A stretch of 63,895 bases of DNA, filler included, from Pelomyxa schiedti (GCA_020536535.1; 20 parts of 20 records of this genome joined end to end with filler, not necessarily neighbours in it); one strand, 5' to 3'. Counted from the first letter of the whole stretch, positions 44,735 through 57,973 are shown. Notes: generated by a model not told the origin, from the sequence alone. Numbers and translations are program-made.

Positions 44735-47005
44735 CTAATAATGTGCTGCCCTAGCACAGCGCCATTGTGGGACAGCAGCAGCAGCAGGTTGTTGCTGTGG
44801 AGGCAATATAGCTTGCTGGTAGCGCGGTGGTGGAACATACAGCAACGGTTGTGATGATGGTGATGAGGGAGTACGTGGCACACGTTGCTGTTGTTGTTGT
44901 TGTTGTTGTTGTGCAGGAACAGTGGCGGGATGTGCTGATGATGGCGGGATAGCATGCACATACTGTGATTGCTGTGATTGCCGGTATTGTTGTGATCCTG
45001 CATGTTGCTGCTGCTGTAGGTGTGGAGCTGTGTGCCTTGGTGGCGGTGCTGACTGATGCAACGGCGACGGTTGTGGTGGTGATACAACCCGGTGGGATTG
45101 ACCCCGTTGTTGCATCAGGGGAACAGCTGGCTGTGTGGTGTGTGTATTGCGGAACCCAAGAGATACTTGTTGAGGTGATGGTGGTGGTGGTTGTTCCTGG
45201 CGTGGTCTTAGTTGTTGCACTTGTGTGTGCACAACAGGGTGATGAGGTGGTGAAGAGGTTCCCCTTGGTGGTGTCGGATAGCTGTTTGGGAGAGATTGCG
45301 TCGGCTTATGATACTGCTGTTGTTGGCGGTTCTGGCACATCCCTTGATAAAGTTGTTGCAGCAACTGTGATTGAACCTGGGGTGCATCAGCAGCTCCCTG
45401 CTGCTGTACCACATGTGTGTAAGTGCAAGGTGGTGGTGGGGGTGTGGTGATGACAATGGGCCGTGCTGCTGTCCTTGGAACTGGCAAAGTGTTGAGGGCC
45501 TGTGTTTGTGCTCGTGGCTGTTGTTGTTGGGGTTGGGGTTGCTGGGTCCGCTGCTGGTGTTGTTGTTGTGGTTGCTGTTGCTGTTGCTGTTGCTGCGGCC
45601 GCTGTTGCTGCTGACGGCTGTGTCTATGGTGGTTGTGGTGGAGGTTCCGACTGTGGTCTTCTTGACCATGCTGTTCCGGCTGAGAGTCAGCAGTGTAAGA
45701 AGCAACCATACGCTGGTGTTGTCTTCTTGCTTGTTTCTGAAGTCTGGGACTATATTCGGTTCCTTGCTCCTCCTGCTCCATGCTTTGCTCTGCCGTCCTT
45801 TTGGAGTAGCTGAGCTTGATCTGATGAGTGTTGCTTCTGGTGCCAACCACCTTGGTTATAATGTGTCCTGGGCATGACTCGGCTGAAGTTGTTTTCAAGA
45901 TTATCTGGGAGCTGCCTGGACTGGACAGGAAACAGTGGTAGTCAGTGATTCCAGAGAACTTCAGAAAAGAAATGCTTTTTGGGGTTTCAGGGACTTCCAA
46001 GTGAGCAGGGTACCTTGAGATATGAAGAAGAGGAAGAGTAAGTAAAAATCAGGCTTATTTTTCTTTGAGGGGGTGAATTGAACAAACAACATACTTCAAG
46101 ATAAAGACATTTTTCATCAAGTGATCCTTCTCAAAGGCAGACTGCATTTCCGGAATGAACTGCTCCATTGTGTCAATTCTGGTTTTCTTTGTCCACTCAT
46201 TGTAAAATCGGGACAGCAGCCCAAAGTGCCCATCAACTTCGGACTTTCCATGCTTTGCTGCCCACAAATGCCAGGAAAGGTGGCAGTTCAACTTCTGAGG
46301 GAGATGGCAAAGGAATAGGTGTGCCACCTCATAGTTGTCAAAGTGTGGGCCTTTGTCTGTGAAGAGCTTGATGTCAGAGATCCCCTGAAACTCGTCAAGG
46401 TGGTCTGTGGTGAACTCTTCAAGTGCACCAGCAACAAAAGCAGCATCATTGCTCAATACGTAGGACACAATGTCCCAGTATTTCCTTTCTGTCTTGTGTG
46501 TTGTGGGATTTTTCCTGATTGTCTGAATCCCAAAGACAGACAAGGGTTGCCGGAAGTAGAAATCCCTGTTCAGCTCCTTTGGAGCTCTTCTCAGCTGCAT
46601 CTTTTCCTTGAAGTCCATGGTGATAATCATTTCATGGGCTTGGAGATTGGCTTCGAATTTTTGAAAAGCTTCTCTTTGTGTGTTTCTAATGGAAAGGTGC
46701 TGCTGGTAGATGTCCATTTGTGTTTGGAGTTGTTGTTTTTGTTTTTGTTTGTTTTCTGGCAACTTGTCACTAGGAGTTTTGTTGAGTTGTTCCAACTCAC
46801 AACGAATTTTCTTCCCTGTATCACAGATGTCACACATATCTGTTTGTCTTTCACTGTGTTTGTAAATGTGAGGTATCATGTTTAAAAGTGTTGTGACTGA
46901 GAGGTGTTGCTGCCCTCTTGTGGTGGCAGTGTTGTTGTTGGACATACCTTTCTGTTTCTCAATAAACTCCCTCACAAGGGATATCTTGGAGTCATCCAAG
47001 ATTCT
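44735..47005 (-). mobile_element. Sola-like DDD transposase with long Gln/Pro-rich C-terminal tail (5'-partial; intron 46014-46094)
   Basis: DMCDICD, IITMDFKEK, LFTDKGPHFDN and WAAKHGKSEVDGHFG. After splicing, KYPAHLEV...FSGITDYHCF joins ORF 46055-46999 to ORF 44735-46000. Confidence 0.8.
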
Positions 47006-47105
47006 NNNNNNNNNNNNNNNNNNNNNNNNNNNNNNNNNNNNNNNNNNNNTTAATTAATTAANNNNNNNNNNNNNNNNNNNNNNNNNNNNNNNNNNNNNNN
47101 NNNNN

Positions 47106-47645
47106 GCGGTTTGTGCCCTCAAGGCCAGATGAAATGCTGTTTGCAGTGATCAGCCCAAAGGAGTCCGCAGCATCGTTCCTTGTTGTTGATGTGGAGAGCA
47201 CCCACACCAGTGGAACTCTGAGAATCCTCAGCACTACACATGTGTTTCCACTGAGGAGGAATGACGGGGCCCTCTCTTTCATCACTGATGAAGTGGGGGT
47301 GGGTTCCTTTCAGGTGGAACAATCCACAGGTGCCGCAGTGCAGCTTCAAAAGCGCCGCGACTACCCTTTGAGTTCCTCTGAGTTTTTCAGTGAAGAAATT
47401 GCTCAAGTGAATGGTTCTTTGAATGTTCCAATCTGGAACTGCAACGACAGAAGCCAAACACCATCAAGATTCGTCAAGTTGCCCACCACTGCAACAGCAG
47501 TAACTGGTGCCAACACTCCTGATGCGAGCCACGAAGTCACAGGGTCACATGGATTCCTGTTTCATGTGGACCGTGCTCAATTCCGCATAAGCGTGATTGA
47601 CGCCTCCACCACATCCACGTGCACCGCCCACCCCCCGCCACTCGT
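47106..47645 (+). CDS. Expanded lineage-specific family member, partial
   Basis: PSRPDEMLFAV...VVDVESTHTSGTLRILSTT...IWNCND...GSHGFLFH. Confidence 0.7.
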
Positions 47646-47649
47646 TCCT

Positions 47650-48660
47650 CTGGTTCCAGAGGATTCCTCTGTCACGTGCATCTCTTTTCTGGATGTACTC
47701 ATCTGGAACAAAAGGCCACCCTCAAAGAAAGCATGGTCATCCAAGGTGGAACCACCCATGGGCATTTTCTGTGTCTTGAATGGTTTGGTTGTGTCATTCA
47801 CATCCCACACTTCATACCAGGTCAAAAGTGCAGAACTGTGACTGGTTCAGAGGTAACACACGCAAGCATCGAGAGTCCCCCTGTAACGTTGGATGTGACT
47901 TTCCAGTTGCCCCCTCAATTGTTATGTAGCCACTCGAAGGGGTAAATTCATCATAAGAGTCTTGCCCATTCCCACCATTCCCCACAACAAAATAGTAAGC
48001 ACCACTCTGTGTGTGGAAAGCAAGGCAAGAACCAAACAGACAAAATCGTGAAAATTGAGGAGGCAGATCACCCTGTAAACTGTAGTACATGAGAATTCCA
48101 CCCACCCCCAATTTGCACAACAACGGGCTTCTTGATCGCGGTTGTTTCACCCGCCGTCGAGTTCTTTCTTGGAATCTCAACAACAGCCATCCTCTGGTTG
48201 GTATTATCACAGCAACAACCACTTCCCATTCGATTTCGTATGGTCCCACTCTTCATCGAGGAGTGATATCTGACCTGTGGCCCGGTCCTGCAGGCATAAC
48301 ACCCATCCTATGTGCAGCACAATGTAGCCCCGATTGGCACCATACATGCAATCATTTTCCCGCTCCACCCACCACCTCATGTCGTGCGTCAGCGACAGAA
48401 GCACCAACGAAACACCAAACGCGATAATCACGTCGCCCCATTTATCATTCTCCCACTTCACGCAGTAGAACCTCGTGGAGTCGTCCGACATGAGCCACCA
48501 CCACACAACCCGAACAGCCAGCGCACCGTCGCCGGTGCATCCCATGATCGACATCAGCCGCAGCGGGCACCGCGCCCCGCACCGGGGGTGACCACCGGCA
48601 GCAAGCCGTCACTCGCGTCGGCGCCCCCGGTCGTGGTGGTGTTGTTGTTTGCTCTTCCAT
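47650..48660 (-). pseudogene. Expanded lineage-specific family member with frameshifts
   Basis: LNQSQFC...YEVWDVNDTTKP...FFEGGLLFQMSTSRKEMHVTEESSG; split over several frames. Confidence 0.6.
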
Positions 48661-49071
48661 TTTGGCTGTGTTGATTTGAAAAAAAGGGGCCCTCAGAGAA
48701 ACACTCACTAAGTAGTAGGTACTCAGTGAGTACATCAGATCTGAGGCGACAGTCGGATGAAGGAGAGTAATGCATGGACTTTCGGGCTGACTAGCATCCA
48801 CCTGACACGGAACCCCTCTCTCCAAACCGTATTGTGTGGATTCCATGCTTTGTTTTTTTTTTGTTTTGGCTACATTCTCTCCCTATCTATATTCACCATG
48901 TTGGGCCACCAGTTGTGCTGGACGACAGTGGCGGGTGTTGTTGTTGTGGGGGTGGTGGGTAGCCTGTGTATNNNNNNNNNNNNNNNNNNNNNNNNNNNNN
49001 NNNNNNNNNNNNNNNTTAATTAATTAANNNNNNNNNNNNNNNNNNNNNNNNNNNNNNNNNNNNNNNNNNNN

Positions 49072-50852
49072 ATGTGAGCCACAGCACTCAGTGATTGGAA
49101 AAGCAAGTTCCTCACCGTGTTGGTTGTGCTGGCCTCAGCGCCGATCTGATGAGGGGTGGTTGATGCTGCAGATGTGGCTGTGGCACAAGAAGGCATAATT
49201 GTCAGAAACTTGGGCAATGGAACACCACAGAAAGGAAGAAGGAAAGCAAGTGACTTGTTCAGTGCAAACTCTTTGTAAACTGGCTGATCAGAAGGTATTG
49301 CCTCGATGAACTCTGGTGGAAATCTTTTTTTTATGGTTTATTTATCCATCCATTAAAGAACGTATTTTTTTCATGTATGTTTTACAATTGCTCTCAAGAA
49401 CTGCTTAATTCCTTTTATTATTAAGAGCTCTTCATTATTTATAAATAGTTTCCTTATTATAATAACTTCTGTTTATTTCATTTATTTCTTATTTATGGAG
49501 TGTGTATAAAACACACACCTCGGAATGACAAGAGTTCCAAGAGGGTGGATAACATTTGGATGAAGTGGGACAGATGCAAGAACGATGCACTCTTTCATGT
49601 ACTTCTGCTTGATCAGTGTCTGATGTGCTGTGTTCTCCCAGTTGAACAGAACTTTCATTGCCATCGTTGGTGGTTGTGCGTTGTTTTGTTCATCACCTTT
49701 GGTGTTGTTGTCCAGAGGCAGAGGAGGTTGTGTGGTGGTGGAAGGAGGAGGAGGAAGAGAAGAAGAAGAAGGTTGGAGGAGGGGCAACAGCACGCTGCCG
49801 GTTGTTCCCCTGGGGAAAAATTTCACGTGGAATGTGGCTGCATTTGAGCCTGAACCGAGAAATTTCATCATTGCAAATGAATCAATGTTGGCTCCAACCA
49901 ACGATGTCATTGTCTCTGCTCTCTCCTGTGTGGTGTGTTTTTTTTGTTGGTGGGAGTGAACAGTGACTTGGGGAAGGATAGGAACAACACGACACACCTT
50001 GTAACATTCTTTGAGAACAGAGTTCTCCTCCTCGAGTGTCTTGATCCTCTTCTCCTTTTCTTGCAGTTTCCCTTCCAGATTCATCACCCTCTCATTCATT
50101 TCCCTCAGTGATTCTCCAAGCCGTTTGTTCTCCCCTGTGATTCTTGCAATTTCTCTCTCTTTCTCACCCAACTCCTGTTCAAATGTGCTATTTTTTGGTG
50201 TGTTTGTGGTGGGCTGCGGGGATTGTATTCTTGTGTTGTGATCCCTCAAGAGCTTGCAGATATCAGTGCTGTTCCGTCTTGTTGCCACGTCAAGTGGTGT
50301 TTCACCTTTTGCGTTTTTGCGGTTTGTGTCAATTCCATTGACCTGGAGCAGAGCCTTCACTCCTTTCAGGAATCCACGGTCACAAGCCGCGTGCAGTGCC
50401 GTTTGGCCAACAAGAAAGCCGTACGCCGACGTATACACCCCGTTGACGTCCACGCGTGGGCACCCGAGCAGTGCCGCCACCACGCCCATGTGGTTCCCCC
50501 AACACGCCAAGGCCAGCGGGCACCCCTTGTTCACATCCACACCGCTCGTTGCCAGCAGCACCCTCACCACTGCCTTCTTTCCGTATTCGGCAGCTTCGGA
50601 CAGTGGCGTATGACCCCCGCAGAAGGTGGGGTTTGGGTTGATCGGCGGGCTGCGCGTCGCGCCCACGGCGAGGAGCTTCCTCGCGAGCCGCACGTGCCCG
50701 CCCCCGCACGCGAGGTGGAGCATGGTGCAGCCCGAGGGTATGACGGGAGTGTTGAAGTCCCAGGTGGGGTACGGGAGCCGGGGCATGTCGCCGTGCGCAC
50801 ATGCGGCGAACATGGCGCTGCTCTGTTCCTGTGACAGTGGTGGCGTTGTCAT
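49072..50852 (-). CDS. Ankyrin repeat + coiled coil + PINK1-like protein kinase (3'-partial)
   Basis: Ankyrin repeats (GCTMLHLAC, GHTPLSEAA, GQTALHAAC, GETPLDVA), an EK-rich coil, then LGSGSNA, AMKVLFNWEN, HPNVIHPLG | FPPEFIEAIP...KSLAFLLPFCG. Confidence 0.9.
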
Positions 50853-52539
50853 CCTCACGGTTGGTGGGTTTCAGTTGTTTTGATGATGGTGGGGGGGCAA
50901 GGTGTTGGTTGGTTTTCAAACCAAAACTGGTTACAGGTTACTTAAACGGCAGAAAACACTGTGTGCGATGATTCCGTGGTACGGGTGTGAGGAGTGATGG
51001 GCGAAGGATTAAGGGAATCTTGAGTCGTGTTCCTCTTTGTTGTGTTGTTGGGTTAAAAAGGGAGGATTTTTTCTTTTCAAATGACACCAGCCCATTTGTT
51101 GAATTTGTCAGCGTGAGAGCCCATTGCTTCACCTGTCGGTCTGTGGATACTTCTGGTCCGGAACTTGCACGCCACGCAGTGGCGACCTGTTGTATATTAC
51201 TGTCAGTGGGGATACACATAAATCAAAAACGAATGAGTGCCTTGGATGCCTTTCCAGGTCCGTAACAGGAAGGCCCAGCAAGATTTCCCGTGATTATTCT
51301 ACGTTCATCGAAGCCAAAGTCCATACCCAAAATTGCATCACTGCCAAAATACTCAAGGCACGGCATTAGCATCCCAGTGGGACTGGCAGTGACTATGTAA
51401 ACCTGTGGGAATGTTAGGTTAGGTTAGTAGAATAAACAATTGAATACCCCGTCTGCTTGTCATTCCATTGGTCGGTGTTAGGCAACACACAATAACTCGT
51501 TGGGCGCTACCGGACAATTTCACACTTAACTCCGAGTTATGGGTCGTGAACGTTTGTAACCAAAAATTGGTATGGGTGCTGTTTGTGTCATTTGTGAACA
51601 CTTTATTTTGAGGTTCGTGTTGTGTTTTCCTTGTTTGTGGACACAAACAGTAGTCTTAAAAACTACAGTATCGATGGGGGCAACGATCTGCCACTATCTG
51701 TGATGGCCGAAGCAGAAGAGTTGCCCTGCTGTTGCCCTGAGATAGTATTCTGCGTGGGTGCAACAACAGTACCATTGGGCAGATGTACTTGGAAGTTATA
51801 CAGATTGGCACCTGCATACATAATCAGATCAAAAAAGAAGTAACTACAAACATTACGCAGGAAGCGTTTCAAGAAATGGATCATTTGTGTACAGCAGAAT
51901 AGAGGGCCCGTGCTTCATCAGCACCAAANNNNNNNNNNNNNNNNNNNNNNNNNNNNNNNNNNNNNNNNNNNNTTAATTAATTAANNNNNNNNNNNNNNNN
52001 NNNNNNNNNNNNNNNNNNNNNNNNNNNNGAGTGTGTTTTCCAAAATCTGATTTGTCCACAACGCCACATTTGCCTGAGCATACACAGTAGTCCGCGTGAG
52101 TGCCGATTCTATGGACTCCTGTATGATACTATTCACAGACTCTACATTTTAATGAGTAAGTAGTCCATTCAAGGGCACCACAGAACCAACACCGCAAAAA
52201 AAGCAACAACAACAAGCAAACCCTTTGAGAATAACGGGTCCTCGGTACCCTCCACAACTCCCACAATGTCGTCACCAACACCCCCGCCCCGCGACGATGA
52301 CGTCGCCGTACTAGGTGCCGCTTGGCTCGGCGTGCCGGTATCCCCCATATCGATGTGCCGAGAATTCCTTGTTGATGACTGAACGGGTGGTTTCCACTGC
52401 GGTGCATTGTTGGCCAACATGATGAGGAGGACAGGTAACACGAAGCCGCAGGGCGTGGAGCACCAGCACCTCAGAACAGCACGGAAAAAAAGAAAATGCA
52501 AAAATATTAAAAACAAACAAACCTATTTCCAACAAACAC

Positions 52540-53091
52540 ATGACAGGGACGTCGTCGTACGGGGTTGGGACCACGATCATGCCCCCTCCATTCGTAACCG
52601 CCCTATCGTCGTCGTCTTCTTCGTCGTCGACTAGCGCGGCGACGTCGTCGGGGGAAGGAGGCGGAGGAGGAGGGGAGGGTGGTGACGCGGCCAACGGGGG
52701 AGCGCCGCCGTCGGTCCCCGTGGTTAATCCAGTGCCCCCGCAAATTCTCGACAAACCAGCGAGGAAACAAGTCAAGAAGATAACCCACTACACCCCAAAC
52801 ACAAGCGGTATGCTTTTATTTTATTTTATTTTATTTTATTTTATTTTATTTTATTTTATTTTATTTTATTTTATTTTATTTTATTTTATTTTATTTTTGT
52901 TATGTTTTGTTTGGTTCGTTTGTTGTTTTGTTTTTATCTATGCTTTTTTTTGTTCTGAATATTGTTTTGTTGTTGTATTTGCTTTAGTTTGTTTTAGTTT
53001 GTTTATTTTGGTTAACGCGTTGCTTAGGTGATTACAATATTTGGTACCATCGATATTGTGGATACGAGTACAAGGAGTCACGGCGGGATAG
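52540..53091 (+). CDS. CWC2: Pre-mRNA splicing factor Cwc2 (RBM22-related), first two exons
   Basis: KPARKQV...PNTS | GDYNIWYHRYCG matches the Cwc2 N-terminal pattern (R/K)PARxQV...(F/Y)NIWYxKW. Intron 52808-53027. Confidence 0.75.
52814..52897. repeat. (TTTTA)n microsatellite inside the Cwc2 intron
   Basis: Directly visible; about 16 units. Confidence 0.97.
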
Positions 53092-53232
53092 GTCTGCCAC
53101 TTTACTCCACCCCTCACTTCCCTCCTTTTATTNNNNNNNNNNNNNNNNNNNNNNNNNNNNNNNNNNNNNNNNNNNNTTAATTAATTAANNNNNNNNNNNN
53201 NNNNNNNNNNNNNNNNNNNNNNNNNNNNNNNN

Positions 53233-53945
53233 AGAGTCACACACTCAGCCATGTACTTCTGCCTCAGGATCGTCTGCCTTTCTGTGCTCTCCCAGTTGAA
53301 TAAAACTTTCATCACCATCGTTGTTCCCTCTGTCATGGTTGATGCTTGTAGACCTGTTCCTTCTGAAGGTCCGGAAGTTGTGTTCCTGTGGAAGTGCACT
53401 GTGAAGGCGGCAGCACTTGCACCTGTTCCCAGGAGCCGACCCAATGTGAAGTCAGTGATATCTGCTGAAATCAGTGATGTCATTGACTCAACCATGCGCT
53501 GTGTGTTGGTGTATTCATCAGAATCACAATAACAGGCAGTACAAACCGACACAGAAAGACCTGGTATCTTCCCACGTCTTCATTATATTTCTTCTGCATT
53601 GCTCTCTTCTCATCTTGAAGCTGTTGTATCATCCTTTTTGCCTGCCCTCTTTATCGTGAGGAGACCAAGAGCAAACAAACCAAATCCATAAACTGGCACA
53701 CACAACCAAACAAACGTACATCCTCTGTGCGATGAGTCTCTTCCTCCACCTCTGAAACCAAGAACGCAATTTGTTGTTTCAGCTCTTCGATTTCCTGTGA
53801 CAGAACTGGGAGCATGAAAAAAAATAAAATGTCGAATACCGATTGGTGTCTGGCCCGCTCGTCCATCATAATCTTTCTTGTGGCTTCTAATTCGGTGACA
53901 CCCCCTTTTCTTGTGTCGTTGCCATCGGTCCTGCCCCTTTCATTT
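53233..53945 (-). CDS. Coiled coil + PINK1-like kinase N-lobe, third family member (partial; 5' end uncertain)
   Basis: EIEELKQQI... then MTSLISADITDFTLGRLLGTGASAAAF...VMKVLFNWESTERQTILRQKYMAEC. Confidence 0.8.
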
Positions 53946-54355
53946 TAGAATCTAGTGATGATTCCGCGAAGGTACTTCCATCAGGATGAATTATTTTACC
54001 TTCATCCGCCCAACCAGGGCAAACCAAGCCAGATCTTTGTTTCTTCAGACTTGGTCAGCTTTCCACTACGCACCTCATCAAGAGTGATGCCAAACTGTTG
54101 CATTGTGAACGTGGCCACATGTGGTGATGCCGACACCACACCCAGGAAGTGTGTGCGTATGAATGCTGCATCAATGGCGTCACCGTAGTGGTTGAGTATC
54201 GCCTGCCACCCTGCAAGGTTGATGTAAGAGCTTGGTGACAGCCGCGTGTCAAACANNNNNNNNNNNNNNNNNNNNNNNNNNNNNNNNNNNNNNNNNNNNT
54301 TAATTAATTAANNNNNNNNNNNNNNNNNNNNNNNNNNNNNNNNNNNNNNNNNNNN

Positions 54356-54935
54356 TTCGGGTGTGCCAACGAAGACCATGTGCTGCTGATGTTCAATGCT
54401 GGCGAGAGCTTCTTGGAGCTCATTTTGGTTGACCTTGCTCAAACTTGTTCAGCCAAGACTCTGTAGTATGGGTTACTCGTTACTACGGCCTACTTTGGGG
54501 TGACACAAGAAAGTGGTGTCCACTCATTCGTTGGAAAACGGGCTGATCTCGATCGCATCATCACAGTGGAGGAAGGAACTGGCAGATTGCGGTCGCCCAT
54601 GACCGGACCTCATTTGTGGGTATCCAAGCTGAATGAGTCACAGTTCTGTGTTTTTGTTGAAGGTAAGGGCACCTACACTGTGTGGGATGCCAATGACACA
54701 AGCAAGCCTGTGCGCACACAGCGATGTGCCTCTGAGCAAAAAGGGGGCCAATGTTTTGTTGAGGGTGGCCTGCTGTTCCAAGTGAGTGAGTCCAGAAAAG
54801 AGATAATTGTGACTGAGGAGTCCTCTGGTGACCACGTCATCTCATTTCAATTGTTCACACCCCTTGGCAGCTTCTATGACTGGTTCTCTGATTATCTCTG
54901 GATTAACTGTGTCAACAGTCCATCACTGAGTCCCA
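54356..54935 (+). pseudogene. Expanded lineage-specific family member, partial, with an upstream in-frame stop
   Basis: VSKLNESQFCV...TVWDANDTSKP...FVEGGLLFQVSESRKEIIVTEESSGDHVISF; TAG at ~54465. Confidence 0.65.
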
Positions 54936-55143
54936 CGTTATTTTTTTTGATTAGTTCGTGGAAGGTCTTCCACAGAGTGCGACTCAGCCTAGGACTACAC
55001 CAAGCATTTATTATTAAGAATCCCTTTGCCCCTTTTTCCCTTCTATTCTTGTGATCTCAAGATACGGGTAGAATGCCCACACCTTCGAAGTGGCAAGATG
55101 GTTGTTCCATCACCAGAACGACTTTTTTTTTTTGTTTTGAAAA

Positions 55144-56373
55144 ATGAGCACGACACAGTCTTCACCAAACTCTTCACCACGGGTCACACTCGACGTCATG
55201 ATATCAGCCGCGGGGCAGTTCGTCGCGTTCGCGTGCGGTTCACTCGTGGCCCGGACGGGGGCGCGGTCGCCGGCCAGGCTCCTCGCCGTTTCCCCATCGG
55301 TTATCGAGCAGTTTGGCAGGGAGTGGGTCGTGCGCGGCTGCCGCGACGCTGTCGAGTCCTTGGTCGTGGGCGAGGAGACTCATTGGGCACCTTGGGACGA
55401 CTACGGGTGGTGGTGGTGCCGTTGTTGCTCGCCCGAGGAAGGAGGGGGGTGTGATGGGAGACCATTCATCACGTTGTGGCGGCGTGATTGGCAGTTGTTG
55501 TGAAAGGCTTGTCCTGGAGGACGGCAGCTTGGGAACGCAAGACTTTGACTTTGATGTGGTGGATGGGAATGGATGTGTGGTGGAGCGTGTGGCACCTGTT
55601 TGGAACGGCATAGCTGTGGCGCAGCCGCATTCTTACATCCACATCAACAGCAGGTGGCTTGTGGTTGTCGGAGCCACACGCATGATAGTGTGGAGGATTG
55701 GAGGTTCAGGAGGAGGAAGTGAGTCGTTCACTGCGGGTTGCTGTCAAAGCATTGACCTGGGAACTGGCCATTTTCGTGCAGCTCTGAGCGACCACCACGT
55801 GAATGTTCTGTTTGTGCCAATCCGCACCCGCGGCGCAGATAGTAAGGCTCAGAACCACTTGGAGATGATAGACTTGGAGGAGAGTTTCAGCAAGGGAATG
55901 AAGGTGATGGTGGGCAAGCCAGTTTCCCTGCCACCTGGAGACTGTATGAACTTGCTTTGTGGTGATCCCCTTTGTGCAGTTTACTATGAAATCGGAGGAT
56001 GCTTAAGTGTGTACAACACAGAGTCCAAGAAAAGCCACACGTTCACAAGACAGAGTTGTGCTTGGTCACCGTCATTGCAATCACCTCCACTGAGATGGAA
56101 TTCGAGGTATACAACACAACCAACCTCAACAAACCCTGCCTGAGAATCAGTCCCCAGAGGTTTGTATCACAAGTGAAAATGCATGTGTGGTTTTGCAACC
56201 AACAAGTTACTGGAATTCTTATGTGGTCGTCTGAGGTGCAGAAGCATGCCCCACATTGGCCAACTGGCTGGACAAGAAGGTATGTGATCACTGATGCTGA
56301 GACTGACACCCTCTTGGCTGTTGTCAATTATGGTCTGACGGTAGGTCAGGACAAACTGTTTTTCTTTCATTGA
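55144..56373 (+). pseudogene. Expanded lineage-specific family member, full span with two frameshifts
   Basis: N-terminal ISAAGQFVAFACG...ARTGARSPARLL...REWVV continues in ORFs 55313-56143 and 55999-56373 (FEVYNTTNLNKP...VITDAETDTLLAV). Confidence 0.6.
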
Positions 56374-56765
56374 ATACCATGAACTAGTTTCCTTTCCTGT
56401 ATTGCATTCCAATTATAATGGGTGGTGTGGAAAAAATAACAAGGGAAGTGTTGTGGACCACACTGCCACAACACAACACAAAGCTGTTCCTTATCAACAA
56501 AAAAAAAATGTATTTCCTACTCCCACACTAAGAATTACTATCAGAGCTTGAGCAGGATGTCCGGCACCCAGTGCGAGAGTATTATCTTGAACGAGTCGTT
56601 GTCGAGGTCCTTCTGGTTGCACACCACGTCGGCAGCCACGTCGGCGCCGGCCAGCTCCGCCTTGANNNNNNNNNNNNNNNNNNNNNNNNNNNNNNNNNNN
56701 NNNNNNNNNTTAATTAATTAANNNNNNNNNNNNNNNNNNNNNNNNNNNNNNNNNNNNNNNNNNNN

Positions 56766-57424
56766 AAGCAAACTCTCTGCGAGCACGAGCGCGAACGCCG
56801 AGACTGGGAGACTGACCTGCTGAGTCAGCACTCGGACCTGACATCTTAGGAAATCAAGTTCGCGGAAATCTACCTGATCGTTCACCCCGATTTCAAGTCG
56901 TTTTCGAGTCCTTATAAGCCCGACACACTCCGACCTTAGAATCACGACCCAAACCTCCTAAATCGAAACAAACAACAAAACAGAACAAATAATAGAATCC
57001 TTTCTTGATCTCATTCTTGTTCTCTGCTTTGCCGTCTCACAACAAACTACATCCCACAGAAGCACACACATTCCCCGTATCCGTTCACCTTAATTTGTGT
57101 GATTCTGAAGAATACACAAGCAAACTCTCTGTGAGCATGAGCAATGCTGAGACTGAGAGACTGACCTGCTGAGTCAGCACCCAGACCTGACATCTAAGGA
57201 AATCAAGTTCGTGGAAATCTACCTGATCATTCACCTCGATTTCAAGTCCTTTTCGAGTCCGTATAAGCCCAACACACTCCAACCTTAGAATCGCAACTTA
57301 AACCCCACAAAGCAAAACAAACAATAAACAAACATAACAAATAATAGAATCTCTTTCTTGATCTTGATCTTGTTCTCTGCTTTACCATCACACAACCATC
57401 TACACATCCCACAGAAGCACACAA
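56766..57424. repeat. Direct tandem duplication of ~300 bp (56766-57068 / 57118-57423), unit spacing ~350 bp
   Basis: Both copies start 'aagcaaactctctg' and are colinear; the second copy is CpG-decayed. Confidence 0.9.
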
Positions 57425-57973
57425 TTGGTTCACAAATTGGTACTTTTGTGGCATCATTTGCTCACCCCAGAGCAGTACCCTCCACAGTAATTCAGTCCTG
57501 CAGTTAAGTTAAAAAAAGGTTCTGGGAGGTTAGGGAGTGGCTGAAAGTCTCAGAATGCAACTGCTGACAGAAACCCGGAATGGCCAACCCCCTGCAGCAG
57601 TGTTGCACAGATGGTGTCCCATCCTATTTCCATTGCTGGGCAGTGGCATCATTTGTTAACTTCTGTGGGCTCGAGAATAAGTCCCACAGAGGAAGAAAAC
57701 GAGTGAGAGTGAAGAGAATAAAGAGGTTCTCTTGTTTGTTTGGTAGTTGTTGTAAGGGGATAAAAAGGGAGTGTGTAAAATCTCGCAGAGCGGTTGTGCG
57801 ATTGGGTTAAAAGGCTGCGATGTTCAAATGGATTCTCGGACAAGTGTGCATGTGATCAAAACCGCCNNNNNNNNNNNNNNNNNNNNNNNNNNNNNNNNNN
57901 NNNNNNNNNNTTAATTAATTAANNNNNNNNNNNNNNNNNNNNNNNNNNNNNNNNNNNNNNNNNNNNAGAACCG

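Noticed and set aside
52808-53031. Hydrophobic FYFIL-repeat C-terminus of ORF 52540-53031 as a membrane domain
   Set aside because: Read-through into a (TTTTA)n-containing intron of the Cwc2 gene.
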